Assembly: GCF_001447785.1 (NCBI RefSeq)
Contig: NW_015170317.1
Span: 385,884-449,883 of the forward strand
Direction: 5' to 3'
DNA length: 64,000 bases
DNA from: Gekko japonicus
Taxonomy: Eukaryota
How positions within the stretch are numbered: the first letter of the stretch is position 1; the number at the start of each line of letters is the position of its first letter. The notes below the pieces were generated by a model. The model worked only from the letters and a program-made list of their open reading frames with translations. It made no database searches and had not been told where the DNA came from. Below are positions 1 through 13,599 of this stretch, in pieces. The position numbers and the translations under genes were made by a program.

Positions 1-1333
1 ACATTGGCATTTCCTGCCAGATGGACCTTTGATGACCAGAGGAATGGCCAGGCTTCATCTGCACTTCAAGGAAGCATTCTGATGCCAAGTTTTCACACTT
101 GCCCAGATGCCATCCTTTGAGTTAGGTCTTAGGTTACAATATTGTCCAACCCTCTAGGTAGCCACCCCTCCCTATAGGTAACCAATAGGATTAGTTTTAG
201 CCTTATCCACTTTATATATTAGTCACCAACTTTCTATTTTGCTTCTATTATACTAAATGTCAAAACTGAGCATGAAAAAAATATTATTTCAGAATGGAAA
301 CACACAAGAAAATCATAATGCTAATATATTCCCACTGCTTTAGATATGGATCTAATCTTTAAGATTATGAAAGGGACATATATTTCTAAACCTGCAGGTA
401 TAAAGCTCTGACGCTTGCAGAATGGCAAAGAGCAATTTGACCAAAGGCATATAGCCTCAAGGGGTATCCACAGAGCTGTTTACTGCTGGCTGTGATATCT
501 GAGCAGGATATCAGAATAAAGTTAGTATTCAAAGACTCAAAGCTTGTGACTCTGGAGATGAAGTGGGAACAGAATCAATAAAAAACAATAAATCAATAAA
601 ATTAATTACAGGAAAAGAACAGGAATGAAAATGGATGGCACAGATAACTTTAGTTCTGTTAGCTTTTGAATATTACATAATTAACCCTACCAAATGCTTT
701 TTAGGTACACACAAATAATATTTCTTCATGTATCCATATGCATATGTTGTACACATGTAGTGCCACCCTGAACAGAATTACACTGTTATAAATCCTTCAA
801 AATTAATGGGATTATAAGAGTGTAACTCCATTTAGGATGGCACTGATAGTGGGCTGCACTTTCTGAACAGCTTTTTCCATTCACCCTGATCTTGCTATGA
901 ATGCTTACCCCCCATTCACTTCAGTGAGGCTTACTTCCAAAGCAAGGTACATAGAATCAGGCTATTAGTCCCATATCGATGAGTATTTCGCAGTTAAAAT
1001 TCTATTTGTGCTGCTTTATCTCATTGAATATAGTTCCAGCAGGCATATTTTTAATTGTAAGTTTGTTTGCTATTTAAACTGACTACTACAAATGTAAATA
1101 CTGTTTCTGTGTTGGTCTCACTATTCTGACTTTCTCATTTGCTTTAGCTCACAGTACCTTTATTTACTGATTTTTTAAAAAAATGCATTTGATATACGCA
1201 GACCACACGGTGTGACTTGATTGTTATGACTCTAGAATACTTTTTTTTTGGGGGGGGGGGGGAAAGCCCCTTCACACAAAAAAATTTCCCAGTAGGGTCA
1301 CATTTGAATCAATGTGCTCATCAGGTACTAAAG

Positions 1334-1450
1334 CAGGGGTATCAAACGTGTGGCTCGGGGGCCGGATTAGGCCCCTGGAGGGCTTCTATCAGGTCTGCAG
1401 TGGAACTGGCTGTCTTCTGCTTCTGCTTCCAGTTCTGCTGCAGCTGCGTC
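1334..1450. mobile_element. hAT-type MITE, one terminus
   Basis: Starts CAGGGGTATCAAAC...GGGCCGGAT, a typical Charlie-like hAT terminal motif; the other end was not found. Confidence 0.4.
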
Positions 1451-1679
1451 ATTTAGTGAGCAGGCAAAATAGGAGCTTTTTGTTCCCAGCAGGTCAGGAG
1501 CAGCTGGAACCCCAAGGTCAGAAAAGCATAAACAGATAACAACCCAGACAGGAGACATTGTTAGTGTACCAGGCTGAGGGAGGAGGATCACCCCACACAC
1601 ATTCCAGAGAAATGGCAGTGTTAACTGACAGTAAAAACCAAGGGATCAGTGAATATTCCTGGGAGGGAGCTCTACAGTT

Positions 1680-1945
1680 TTAGTGCCATGACCAAGCAGT
1701 CCCTGACTAACCAGCTGGTGGGGCACCCAAAGCAGGGCCTCAGAGGATGACTATAGTAGTCAGGTAGTTTCATAGGGGAGTAGGCAGATCTTGAGGTATG
1801 TTGGTCTCAAACAATATAGGGCTTTAAATGCCAATACCTTGCGTTGGTCTAGGAAACAAATCTGGAGCAAATGTAGATGAACCTAAACCGGAGTGATATG
1901 GTCTCTACTACCACTCCTGTCAAAATCCTGAATAGTGCCTTTAAG
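1680..1945 (-). mobile_element. L2 LINE ORF2 3' fragment, decayed
   Basis: Similar to the L2 pieces at 13600-13960 and 34150-34600 (TATAGGGCTTTAAA region, i.e. reverse-strand FKALY motif). Confidence 0.6.
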
Positions 1946-1994
1946 TGCCAACTCCTAAAGGTGATCCAGAAAGATACCATGATCAATAGTACAA

Positions 1995-2157
1995 AATTCG
2001 AGTTCAGTGGCACCCTTAAGTTTTATTCAAGGTATAAGCTTTCATGTGCACGTACAATGAAATGAAAATGAATAAAAGTTTGTTGGTCTTAAAGGTGGCA
2101 CTGAGCTTGACTCTGGTTCTGTTGTTTCAGACCAACATGGCTACTCACGTGAATCTA
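1995..2157. mobile_element. Penelope-derived non-autonomous foldback repeat
   Basis: GAGTTCAGTGGCACC..AAG..TATAAGCTTTC followed by the inverted half TTGGTCTTAAAGGTGGCACTG..CAGACCAACATGGCTAC; same family as 11300, 20093, 31204 and 39620. Confidence 0.55.
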
Positions 2158-5100
2158 TGATCAATAGTAGTGAATGATGCTGAGATGTCCAGAAGAATCA
2201 ATAGGATCAGCCAGACTAGTCTGAAGCCAGACTAGAAAAGGATCGAGATAGTTCACTTCATCCAGAAAATCTGAGATCCAGAATATGGTCAATGTACCAA
2301 TAAGTGTTAGATATTATTAGGATGCAAGTAGAGAACTACGAGACTCACAGGGGAATCCTATCCTATCTTTCCACCCTCACCACTGGACCAGCCATTTGCC
2401 AGGCAGCTTGATGCTTCCCTTCCCTTCACTACCAAGAGTCTTGCAGGGGTGGAATTTTGCTCTTCTGCTCTCCCTGGGTCTGGTGATAAAGGTGAGACAA
2501 TGTGTGGGAATAGAGGATCCCTCTCCTCTTCACCCAGCTGTCCACTTCCAGCTCTGTGGCCTCTGCAGCTGTTCAACCAGTGGAGGGGGTAGAAGCAGTT
2601 CCTACCTGCCTCCAGCACTGCCACCTTAATGTTGATTTCAGCATGGGGGGAGCAGTGGAGGTTTCTACCCAGGTCCAGTGCTGTCACCTTAACACCATTT
2701 TTTTCGGGTGGGTGGGTGGAGATACTTCCACTCCTCCTTGCCCAGCTACCTGCATGCCTCCAGCAAGGCCCCCTCAGCAGCTGGCAGAAGAGCTCCTAGG
2801 AGACAGTTGTTTTTTGGGGGCGTGGGGTCGGAAATCAACCACTCTTTTTAAAGGTTTAGATTTTTCTGTAAACCTGGGAGGTCCATAAGGTTGGAGGAAA
2901 ATCTCCCTTCTGTCAATGTGGCCCCAAATCTACAGATTTACGAATCCACAGATAGGGCTGTATTGAGAATTAGATATATTGATCCAATGAGCTATGAGTT
3001 CATATTATAAAAGTGTAAATTTTAGGAGGAAACATTGCCTTTTTTCTCCATTTGATAGCTTTCTTTGACAGTGTGAAAAACAGAAACTTTTCCTCTATTT
3101 TCGAGTAAAATGGAACAGATTAAATGGATATGTTCTACAGAATGCAAAACATGGCACTTGGCTTTTGATCTCAAAAATGAGACATGTACAAATTGGAGGT
3201 TTGTGACAAATAGGCAGCAGAATGAATTTCTAGAGTTCTGGAGACTGCCACTTTTTCATGTAAGATTTTGTCTTAAATAATATGGAAGCTGCTTTTGGTA
3301 GTGACAGTTGTTACTTCTGTATTCATGCTTATATCTCGGACTGTGCAAGCACATTCTGCTAGACTGTTCAAAATGCTGTGTTTCATTCCTAGGAGAGGTT
3401 ATTATTTTTCCTGTATTACTTGGAAACTGACTGCTGATTGACTGAGAAAACAGTCTTTGCATTGTGAAATCTCTCACTTGAATCAGGATTGTACAGCCAT
3501 TGAAATGGAATTTTCAGGTCTGTACAAGACTGAAGAGAATGCTTATTGAAAATCCTCACTGGTTATACACTATTATCTTTTTGAATGGCTAATCAAATGA
3601 CATGGTGGTTCAGAAATATTACATTAAATGTATTCAGGGTTGTGAATCTTGAATCTGACACTTGGTAAAGCATGCCAAAAGGAATGGGTGGAAAAGCACA
3701 AAATTAGGGAAATCATACAAAACCTTTAAAAGTAAGATAATGAATGGTGAGAGAACAAAGGGAAACTGGGCCACTGAAAAAGGATATGAATGAGAAGACA
3801 ATGATAATTGTAGCATGGCTAAGACAGAAAAATAGGAATAGTTCCAAGATCTGCATAAGGCTGATATTTAGTATGACATTTTTAAGCTATGGCCAACCCT
3901 ACTTAAATATAGATAAACCAAACACATAGTTGCTAAGATTATATTTATATCAAAGCTCTTTTCACTAACTTCATGAATTTTCGAAGAAGTTTCTGGTGAT
4001 TTTCCAGGTAACTTGACTTCCCTACCTGGTATACAGATCGGCTGCACAAACTAGAGATAGCTACTCTGAGAGATCCAAAAAGTGTTCAGAAATGAGGCTT
4101 CAGTAATATGTACTGGCTAATAATTCACCTTATGTGATAAGAACTATAGTCTTCTCAATAGTAGTGTCTCATGCTTAGAGAAGCTTGTCCCTGGAGTATG
4201 GTGAATATTTTATGAGATAATTATGGCTGCAATCCTAAAGATACTTTCCTGTGAGTAAGCCTCACTGAATAACATGGCTTACTTCTGTGTAGACCCACTT
4301 AGCCTTGCTCCCTCTATCCTACTTGAAGACCGTCTATCCTCAATTAAAATCTATGCTAAATTGACTCTTCTATGATATGATCTACAATTGCCATTGTTAT
4401 TGAATTGTGTTTCCCCTTGTTGTGCTTCTAGGTTTCACACCAAAGTGAAAGGTGTTTATTTCCCCAGCAGAAAGATGCATATTCTCCTAATTCAGAATAT
4501 TTAGCTCCCTTCTTCCTCTACATTCTTATCCAAGACAAGAATATTCTGAGTCTTCCTTGGACCATCCAAAGTGGCACTATTCCCACAATTTTTATTCAAG
4601 AACTTACTGATTCATGTTGCTGTTCATTAAGAATGGAGGCTATGTATAGATGCTTTGTTTCACTTTTCTCATTGGAGTTTGTATGTCAAAGCCACAGGAT
4701 GGATCATATATTAACTGTAAGCAAAGAATCACAGTTTTATTTTATATCCCCAAGAAACGTGCTTGTCATGTTTTAAATAAAATACATGCTTGAGATGGCA
4801 TGAAATATTCCAACAGAACACTTTGCAAGTAATAATGAGAAAATTCCCTGCAACATGAACAAATATTTGCCCAATCTAGCTCCCTCAACTGAAATGAATG
4901 AAGCTGTACTGGATAGCATTCTTCTGTAGTATGTTCATTCATTTCAATTATGACTGTATTCATACAAAAGTCCTAATGAAATAATGTTCAAGGAAGCTTT
5001 GAAAACAAAGCATAAAATTGAAACTTAGCTTTGTATAGCTTTGTGGGGATTTGTCAACTTTTCTTTGTCTTCTGAATGTCCTTGCCTTCATTGCCTGAAA

Positions 5101-5709
5101 ACTAAATCATAATTTTTATGAATCATCATCAAGTAGAAGATGATGAGATGGTATGCCAGTATCCACTTTCTGTCTAATAGTGTGAATACAAGTAGCACAA
5201 ATAGAAATCCACAAGGACTTGCAGGGGACATTTCATTCCCCCCCTACTATTTCCTCTCTCCCTGGCAGCCCCCATAGCTTTTCCTCTTTTCCTTCTTCCT
5301 TCTCCCCTTCCCACTAAACAACTAATCTACCTTAGTCTACCCCTCTTTCTTCAGTTCTTCCTGCCCCGCAGCAGCATCTAACATGGAAAACTATGTCACA
5401 GTTGTGTGGTGTTGGCCACTGGGCCAAGGCCCACTTGAATGGTAGGGAACCCTCAAGGACTTGTGGGGATGCACCTCACTTCCCCCTGTATCCTCCTCCT
5501 CACACCATTTCCTATTCCCTTCCTTCTCCTCTCCCATTGATCTGCCCTCATTCTCTTCTTCTCAGCCATTCACCATCCTATCTTTTATCTGCCTCCCAAC
5601 TTCAGCTATACTTATTACTTGTTTACATTGTTTATATCCCATCATCTTCCACAGTGGAGATGGGCACCACATCACTTTTAGAGTTTCCATAGCAGACTGG
5701 TCATTTAAA

Positions 5710-6020
5710 CCTGCCAACAAAAGTCCTTATGGTTAAAGCAATGATATTCCCAGTAATAATGTATGGCTACGAGAGTTGGACCATAAGGAAGGCCAAGCAC
5801 CGAAGAATAGATGCTTTCAAATTATGGTGCTGGAGAAGACTCTTAAGATTCCCTTGGACTGCAAGGAGATCAAATCAGTCAATCCTATAAGAAATCAACC
5901 TGGACTATTCCCTGGAAGGCCAGATACTGAAGTTGAAGCTCAAATACTTTGGCCACCAAATGAGGAGGGAGCACTCACTGGAGAAGACCCTGATGCTGGG
6001 AAAGATTGAAGGTAAAAGAA
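5710..6020 (+). mobile_element. BovB (RTE) LINE fragment, lacking both 5' and 3' ends
   Basis: Aligns with the BovB copies at 20196 and 27888 (LPTKV..VKAM.FP..MYG.ESWTIRKA; GAGAAGACCCTGATGCTGGGAAAGATTGAAGG); stops abruptly at 6020. Confidence 0.9.
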
Positions 6021-6546
6021 GTACTTTTTGTAATATTTATAATGCAAATTTCTTATGTTACACAACAATCATCCTTATGTAAAGTTGATAATGATGTGAG
6101 TACAATGCAAAATCTTGATGCAAATATTCTTAACACTGTTCTGGCTATGTTCCTGGAATGTTTTCTCATCAAGGCATCTTGATAGAGCTATACAGTGGAA
6201 AAGCAGACTAAAAAGTTTCGTTTTTCAAGCTCCTAAATTGCATTTATCACTCCTTCATTTAAAAATGTGTGAATCCAAGGAATACAAGAGATAAAGAGAA
6301 CACACACTTTCCTAGGATTAACAAGTAGTTCCGGATATCTTTATCAACTCTATCTCTCTTTTGGTGTTCATCACCAATCTCTTGACAGAGCACTGCAGGA
6401 ATGACAATAATGTGGATCAACGCAACATCTCTCTCATGTATTCCCAAGATTTTGTATTGCACTCTACTGGCTTTACCTATGTTTATGGCATGTACTTTAC
6501 ATAAGGATGATTGTTGTGTAACATAAGAAAGTTGCATTATAAATAT

Positions 6547-6940
6547 CAGGGCTTTTTTGTAGAAAAAGCCCAGCAGGAACTCATTAGCATAATAGGCCAC
6601 ACCCAACAGCAGAAACTCATTAGCATATTAGGCCACACCCCCGGAGAATACAGCTCATTAGCAAATTAGGCCACACCCCCACATTACCAGAACTGTGGTC
6701 ATCCAGCCACGCCCACCATTTGCTTCTTATTCTGTTTACCTTCTTGTTGTCAAAACCCAGGGCTTTTTTGGTAGCAGGAACCCTTTGCATGTTAGGTCAC
6801 ACACCCCTAATGTAGCCAATCCTAATGAGTGTCTGCTGTTGGGTGTGTTCTATTATGCTAATGAGTTTCTGCTGGGCGTGGCCTACTCTGGAGCCAGCCG
6901 GAACTCCATTCCTGTGCGTTCCTGCCCCAAAATAGCCCTG
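6547..6940. mobile_element. hAT MITE
   Basis: TIRs CAGGGCT...AGCCCTG; 8-bp TSD ATAAATAT (6539-6546 / 6941-6948); repeated CTCATTAGCAT..GGCCACACCC subterminal motifs. Confidence 0.85.
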
Positions 6941-8827
6941 ATAAATATTATAAAAAGTACAACCAAGTGTGTTAAAGTCATAGAACAGTGGTTTTCTTTG
7001 GTGAGCTTATTTTATTTTTCCCATGCTAATCTTTGAGTGGCAGTTCCAGTGATGTATTTTGCAGTGCCCAGTGTTAGCAGCAGTTATTTATGGTACAATT
7101 CCTCCATTTCTGAGCCAAAACATGTAGCAGTTGAGCAATTATGAAGACAGATCCACTATGGCACTTCCAGTAATTCTCTGAGGGAAGAGCTGAGACATTT
7201 TGTAATGCATTACACTGTGCTTTAATGTACTCTAAAGAAAGATACTTCCCAGTCGCCCTTTTTTGACCTCTTAGTGTTTTCTCTTTTATATCATCGACTA
7301 ACACAGATGTGGTGCTGGAGCAAACTGACATTAACAGACATTAATCCAGTCATGTTTAATGTCTTGAATGGATTACAATACTTTGGAGGGCAAGAATTAG
7401 AAAAGGATTTTCTCACTTAATTATCTGACCTTGGTAATTCAGAAAGAGAATCTTCCCTGTATGAATAAGTTCTTTAGAATTCAACTTAACATTACTTTGG
7501 GCTTAGCATAAAAACCAGCTGTGGGTTTCTAACATATTATTGCCTGCTCCTCTCGTGTACGCCAAACTTTCTGACAGATTGATGTGTCTTCCTTCTTGGA
7601 GGAGCAGAGTGGGTATGTGTGTAAAATCATGGCATGAGAAATAGGTGGGAGGAATATTAAATTAAGAAGATTGGTTGCTGGCTTGTTGAAGCATCCACAG
7701 AAGAAAGAATAGGAAAGTTCTGCTATCACCCTTTCCTGTCCCTATGTGCCTATCTCCACTACACTTCCACCTTTTAAAGTTATTTTTGCTTTCTTGTTTG
7801 CATGCAATGGCCTTTTTAATACTGTGTGCCTGTTTGTCCATGTACATTACCATAAGGACATTCTGTGGACAGATAAATGTGTCATCAAGCCCGAAGAACA
7901 GCAGTTACACTGTACTGGAAAAATTGCTGGCTAGAGGCTAGGAATGATCTTTCCAATGACTTCACTGGGTATCATCAACACTGGGGATGTTTCTGAAACC
8001 ATCCTTATCTAAATTACTCCACAGATTTTGGAGTTCCAAATTACTTGGTCTTGTTTCCAGAATGGAGCTGATATGCTAGGAATTTGTACACATTCATAGA
8101 TTTGTAACAGCTTTCCAGTTCCTTTACTGCACATGCATCTTTTTTTAATCCCCTGTTTTACCAGTGTGTTCATGTGCACTTGCATTGTAATTATAGTACT
8201 ACTAGTGCAAGACCTATGAGTAATTACAGGGAGGGGAACTCTCATTCCCCCTTCCTTTCCCATTCTCTAACTTGCCTGTGCCCCTCCTTATCCTTGACAT
8301 AACTTCCTGTTATTGCCATATTCTTCCCAGTTTTTGTATTCCAGGATTCTGTATTTTGCAACATCTGCACATGCAGACATCATAGAGACATTTCTGCTAA
8401 GTTCTATTTTTTAATCTTTCTATAAATCTAGGAGAAACTCCAGGTTTGTGGAACCCTCCTTAATAGTCATGTCTGGCCCCATTGTACAGACTTTGCTATC
8501 CACACAGGGGGTCAGGGGATCACTGTTTTACAGTGTTTGTAGCTACTTTTTAATGCTGTTTTACCCAATGTGCACAACTGTATGAGTGTGCATCAGTAAA
8601 TTTCAGCACAAATGAGTTTTCATATAATTGTATATAGTCACAGTAAGGTCGTCTTCTTGAGTGTTTTCATTGCATTTTAGCAACACTGAGATGGGAAAGG
8701 ATAAAAGAAGTTCAGTAAGTGAAATATGAGACAACCTATTTACAATCCAATTCCAGAATTAATTATAGAAAACCTTCTAAACAAAACAGAATTAAGAAGA
8801 AATATAACACATTGCAAAAATAACATA

Positions 8828-9008
8828 TAGGGCTCTTTTTGTAGCAGGAACTCCTTTGCATATTAGGCAACACACCCCTAATGTAGCCAATCCACCAACA
8901 GCTTACAGAGCTCTTCTTATAGGGGCTACTGTAACCTCTTGGAGGATTGGCTACATTAGGGGTGTGTCGCCTAATATGCAAAGGAGTTCCTGCTACAAAA
9001 AGAACCCC
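8828..9008. mobile_element. Palindromic hAT-type MITE related to 6547-6940
   Basis: Near-perfect foldback TTTTGTAGCAGGAACTCCTTTGCATATTAGG...CCTAATATGCAAAGGAGTTCCTGCTACAAAA. Confidence 0.75.
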
Positions 9009-9152
9009 ATCCCTCAGATGTTTACCATTTCTAACAGAAAGCAAAACAGAAATAAAGACAAAAAGAGAGGGAGAACATTGGACTGTATTGCTCACACAAT
9101 TCCTTGTACTTGCCTAGTACACGATTTCTTGCTTTCCAGAGATCATTAATCT

Positions 9153-9849
9153 TTTAGAGCTATATTTCTGAGAACTTTCCTCTCCACAGGTGAAGCTGGG
9201 GCCCTCTATGGGAAAGAAGAGCATTTGCCATGGATATAAAATCATAATATTTTCTCTTCCAATGAGCTGAAGAAATGGAAAATTCTCTTTTCTGCTGCTC
9301 TGTTCTTTTCTCTAGGGTAGATTCCCAAATATTCCACAATGCCTTTACTGAAAAGAAAGATCATCACTGAGGCCACTTTCAAACAGCCTTTGTATTCTGT
9401 TTTATTAGCTGGTTGCTAAGGGATTTTTTTTTGGTCATTTCAGAAAGTCCCATTTTAGTAACCAGTTGTTGGAGCACTCCGGGCTCCCGCCTGCTCGTCG
9501 ATGCGCCGTACCGGAAGTCGAGACTGGGTCCTTTAGAGCTATATTTCTGAGAACTTTCCTCTCCACGGGTGAAGCTGGGGCCCTCTATGGGAAAGAAGAG
9601 CATTTGCCATGGATATAAAATCATAATATTTTCTCTTCCAATGAGCTGAAGAAATGGAAAATTCTCTTTTCTGCTGCTCTGTTCTTTTCTCTAGGGTAGA
9701 TTCCCAAATATTCCACAATGCCTTTACTGAAAAGAAAGATCATCACTGAGGCCACTTTCAAACAGCCTTTGTATTCTGTTTTATTAGCTGGTTGCTAAGG
9801 GATTTTTTTTTGGTCATTTCAGAAAGTCCCATTTTAGTAACCAGTTGTT
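9153..9849 (+). repeat. 318-bp direct duplication (9153-9470 / 9532-9849) with a 61-bp spacer
   Basis: Direct comparison: one mismatch seen (ACAGG vs ACGGG). Confidence 0.95.
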
Positions 9850-9921
9850 AACAGTTTTTATTTACCTTTTCATACAAAGCCACCTGCATATGGTTAGGAA
9901 AGCCTGGTTGAGCCTTTTTGA

Positions 9922-10412
9922 GGGAAACTGCTTTCTTCCATTTTCATTCTTCATTGTGATTCTGAATCACTGTGGTGTGATGTTTAAAATGTCTGTAGTG
10001 CTTCCTACAATGCCACCTTTTCCCTACCCTTTTTTGTGGCACAATTTTCCTCTGACTTTTTTTAGTGTTCCAATATAGCACTTCAGTGTTACAACAGCAC
10101 CATTGAGATGGCTTGACTCCATTGAGATACATTGAAATCTCAGCTGCTGTTGTGTGGAAGCAAGAGAAGTAGCTCATCAGGCAGTGGTTGCTCAGGGTCT
10201 CTTGTTTCCATGTAACAACAGCTATGATCTCAGTGGATCTCAGTGAAGTCAAAGCATCTCAGTGGTGTCACTGTAACACTGGTGGTATATTGGTTTAGCA
10301 CTATAGCTCTCAACTTAGAACACTTAAAAAAAAAGTTTGAGGATGATCACACTGCAGAAAAGGGCAGGGGGGAAAGCCACACTGTTTGAAATGACCATAG
10401 CACTTCAGAGAT
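9922..10412. mobile_element. Foldback MITE-like repeat, same family as 59939-60640
   Basis: Long inverted arms about 10060-10165 / 10198-10302; flanks AAACTGCTTTC..AAAATG..TAGTGCTTCCT and TTTGAAATGAC..AGCACTTCAGAGA shared with the 59.9-60.6 kb copy. Confidence 0.55.
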
Positions 10413-10599
10413 GGCTCATTAATTGAAGGAAATGCACTGTATGAAACCCTGATCCTTGTATCATTTTACTAGGAATCAGGCCAACAACGGAATTCATCTG
10501 GTTTAGAGCGACACTATGAAAGGGGCTTTAGTGAGGAAATTGTGTCTGATCATAAAGCTCCTTCATTAACATGGTAAAAACAATCTTTAGAAGCAATCC

Positions 10600-10771
10600 G
10601 GAGAACAAGCCCTATGAGGAAAGGCTGAGGGTCTTGGGAATGTTTAGTCTGGAGAAGAGGAGATTGAGGGGGGACATGATTGCTTTCATTTATTCAAAGG
10701 GCTGTCACTTAGAGTAGGGCAGGAAGCTGTTCCTGTTGGCAGCAGAGGACAGGACTCACAATAATGGGTTT
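10600..10771 (+). mobile_element. CR1 LINE ORF2 fragment
   Basis: Matches 50382-50556 of the long CR1 ([24 protein letters not shown]). Confidence 0.9.
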
Positions 10772-11299
10772 GTGTAATGTGTCATATTTGTACACACTAA
10801 ATAATATGGTCCTCAACTGGGCAGGAAGTAATGAGTTGATTGCACTTGTAAAAAGTCAATTTATTCTCTTCCCATAACTATTTTATCTGTGTTAACATGG
10901 GCCTCTTAAGCAGGAAGCTCCTGCTACTACATGTTCCTATCACCCTGCTTTGCATATGACTGTCCGCAGAAAGTCACAGACCCCAAGAAATTACTGATAC
11001 TAATTAAATGGTTTATTGAAAGGATCCAGGAAGCTTGAAGAGGCAGGACCCTTGCAGGCTTGTGTGCATCTTAATCCTCAGTTTCACAAGAAATGGTAGG
11101 AGGGGAGATCATAATGGGGATAAGCCTTTGGAGGCCTCAGTATACCAAAACAAGGCAGGTAGACCTTGAAAAGAAAAGGCTGCTGCACTCAGCTCACCTT
11201 CCTCCTGGATTTTTCAACAATTCTGTTCGTCAGGGGCAGTACCATGATGACATCCCACTCCTCAAAGGTAGAGACAGAGATGTGGAATTATTATTTCAT

Positions 11300-11377
11300 T
11301 AATTCAGGTGGGTAGCTGTGTTTTTCTGAAGCAGTAGAACAAAGTTTGCGTCTAGTGGCACCTTTTAGACTCAAACA
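11300..11377. mobile_element. Penelope-derived repeat fragment
   Basis: ATTCAGGTGGGTAGCTGTG..AGTGGCACCTTT, same family as 39620. Confidence 0.5.
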
Positions 11378-13599
11378 TTGTTCTCTTTCGTGAATTGTTT
11401 ACTTTGGCACCCACAGAACATGAAAATAATTCCTACAATCAGAATGTCTTCTGGTATCACAAAACAATATGCTGGCCAGAGCTCTTCTAATCAGTCATGA
11501 GATTGTTCTTCTGTTTATCAGAGCTGTAGGTGTGCAGTCACGTCAAGGGGATGTTTTGCTGTCTCAGCCATCAGGAGTGCATTCTGGGGGCTTCAAATGA
11601 GGACTTTCAGGCTGAGGTTTGAGAAAGAACACCTCTGTAAAACATGATTGTGTATGCAAACAGTTTTGGGATTCCCCCTTCCATATGGGGCTTAATTCCA
11701 TACATCTGGTTGTCTGTAATTGTAGTTTCTAATACTTCAGGAACCGAGACCTCTTGGCATCTCAGCAGCTGCTTATCTTAACTCAGTTTGCACAGATGAC
11801 ACAGCATATTCCAGTTGTTACACCAGCTTCTGGCTTCCTTCACTGGAACAATAATTCAAAATAAGATCAAAACTCCAGCAATCCATGCTTCTGCTTACAT
11901 GAAATATACTGCACAGCCATGTGGGGAGTCTTCTGGAGGGAGGGGTCTTTTGTTGAAAATGTCCATTAGGACATGCTGCCTTTGTGAACAAACATTCCCA
12001 GAGGTACTTTTCACATGTTTGCAGCTACAGTTAGATGTTCTACATAAAATGGAAACAATGGTTTGCTGTTGTGTGACTGCAGTCTTGGCAAAAATTATGG
12101 CAATCTACACAGAGGCTGATTCTTCATTGGCTTTTCCCTCCATTGTTTTAGCACACCCACGTTGGAACAGAACTTCCCCTCTGCACTGCATGCTGCTTTC
12201 ACTTCCTTTGATCATCGGATTTTATGGTAGCCTCCATGCTGCTTTCACTTTCATTGATCATTGGATTTTATTGTACCTTCGCCATTTTATGGCCATTCAG
12301 GTGTGACTTTGCTGTCAGTACGGCATTGCCCTGAAATATCTGAATGTGGTTTTGAGCTGCACTTTCCCCTCCCAGTTGGGAAAATGTGGAGTGAATGCTA
12401 GATGCAGAATCAGCCAGAGTCAGGGTCTGAAATACATTTTGGACAAGGACTCAGTCTTCAACTGGGCCAATCCAGAGCCAAAGACTGTGATAGAGTAACA
12501 CTCCATGCCTATTGATTTTACATACCAGTGATATTCATTCTTAGGAACAACGGGAGTGGGTTAATCTGCTGTTGGTTTTGCAAGATCCAACAACAGTATG
12601 TTATGCTCCTTCCTGTCACCTGATAAAGTAATTGCTTATCCTTCCTCCTGGTAGTGCAGCAATATATTTCAGCACATCACTGGCTTATTTGCTGATTTCA
12701 ACCATTTTGTCTCTGCACCTGTAAAAGAATGACACCTTAAACTATGATTATTCAGATGATCATGTTGGAAAAAATAGGCAAAAATACTTATATACTCAGA
12801 GTTTCTAATGGATCTTTGTTTCACTGGAGAGATGATGTTTCTTTCTATTATAAAGTTTTATTTCTAAGGGAAGGGTTCACATGGAAAGCTACAAAACAAA
12901 AGAAATAGCTAGAGCTACATTTTTACATCCTTACAGCACAGAACACATGGTCACACAACATGGAGATTCTCCTTCTTCTTGACCCATAGAAGGAAGTCAC
13001 CTGAACACAGTAACCAATGATTGTTGGTAAACAGACTTAGATTTTCCTGGGCTATCTTCCCATTGGCTCTGAGCCAAGTTTCCCTTCCAGGTCAGTCTAA
13101 ACAATAGTACACTAGGTAAAGCAGATTAACCCTATAATGACTGGAATCTAGACCATGCATCTCACACATTTCCAACAGATCAGATGTACTATTGATTATA
13201 TATATATATTAAAAAATTCCGCTGCTGTTTGCCATGTGTGGTCTTCAGATGTTATAGAAGCAAAGGTGAACTTGAAAAAGCAAACCAGCAGGAACATGAG
13301 AGTTTCACTTATAGCAATGTGACATTTACAAAACACACATACACACACAAAAGGTTATTTAGTAGAAACAGACCTGACCTTTTATATCATTTGTGTGATT
13401 TATTATTTTAGTCGTATAGGCAGTTTTGTATATTCTTGATTTTGTATATGCTTGATTACAAGTGAATAAAACCAAGATGAACTACAATCCTGCTTATGAC
13501 CTGGATGCAATGTGGGAAGAGAAAGAGGGAGCTTGAGAAAATAGAACATATTCAATCCATCTCACTTCCTTCAAAAAAAGAACAAATAAAATTATATTT

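Noticed and set aside
6090-6490. Possible hAT transposase remnant (LCQEIGDEHQ)
   Set aside because: The similarity is too short and broken to support without a profile search
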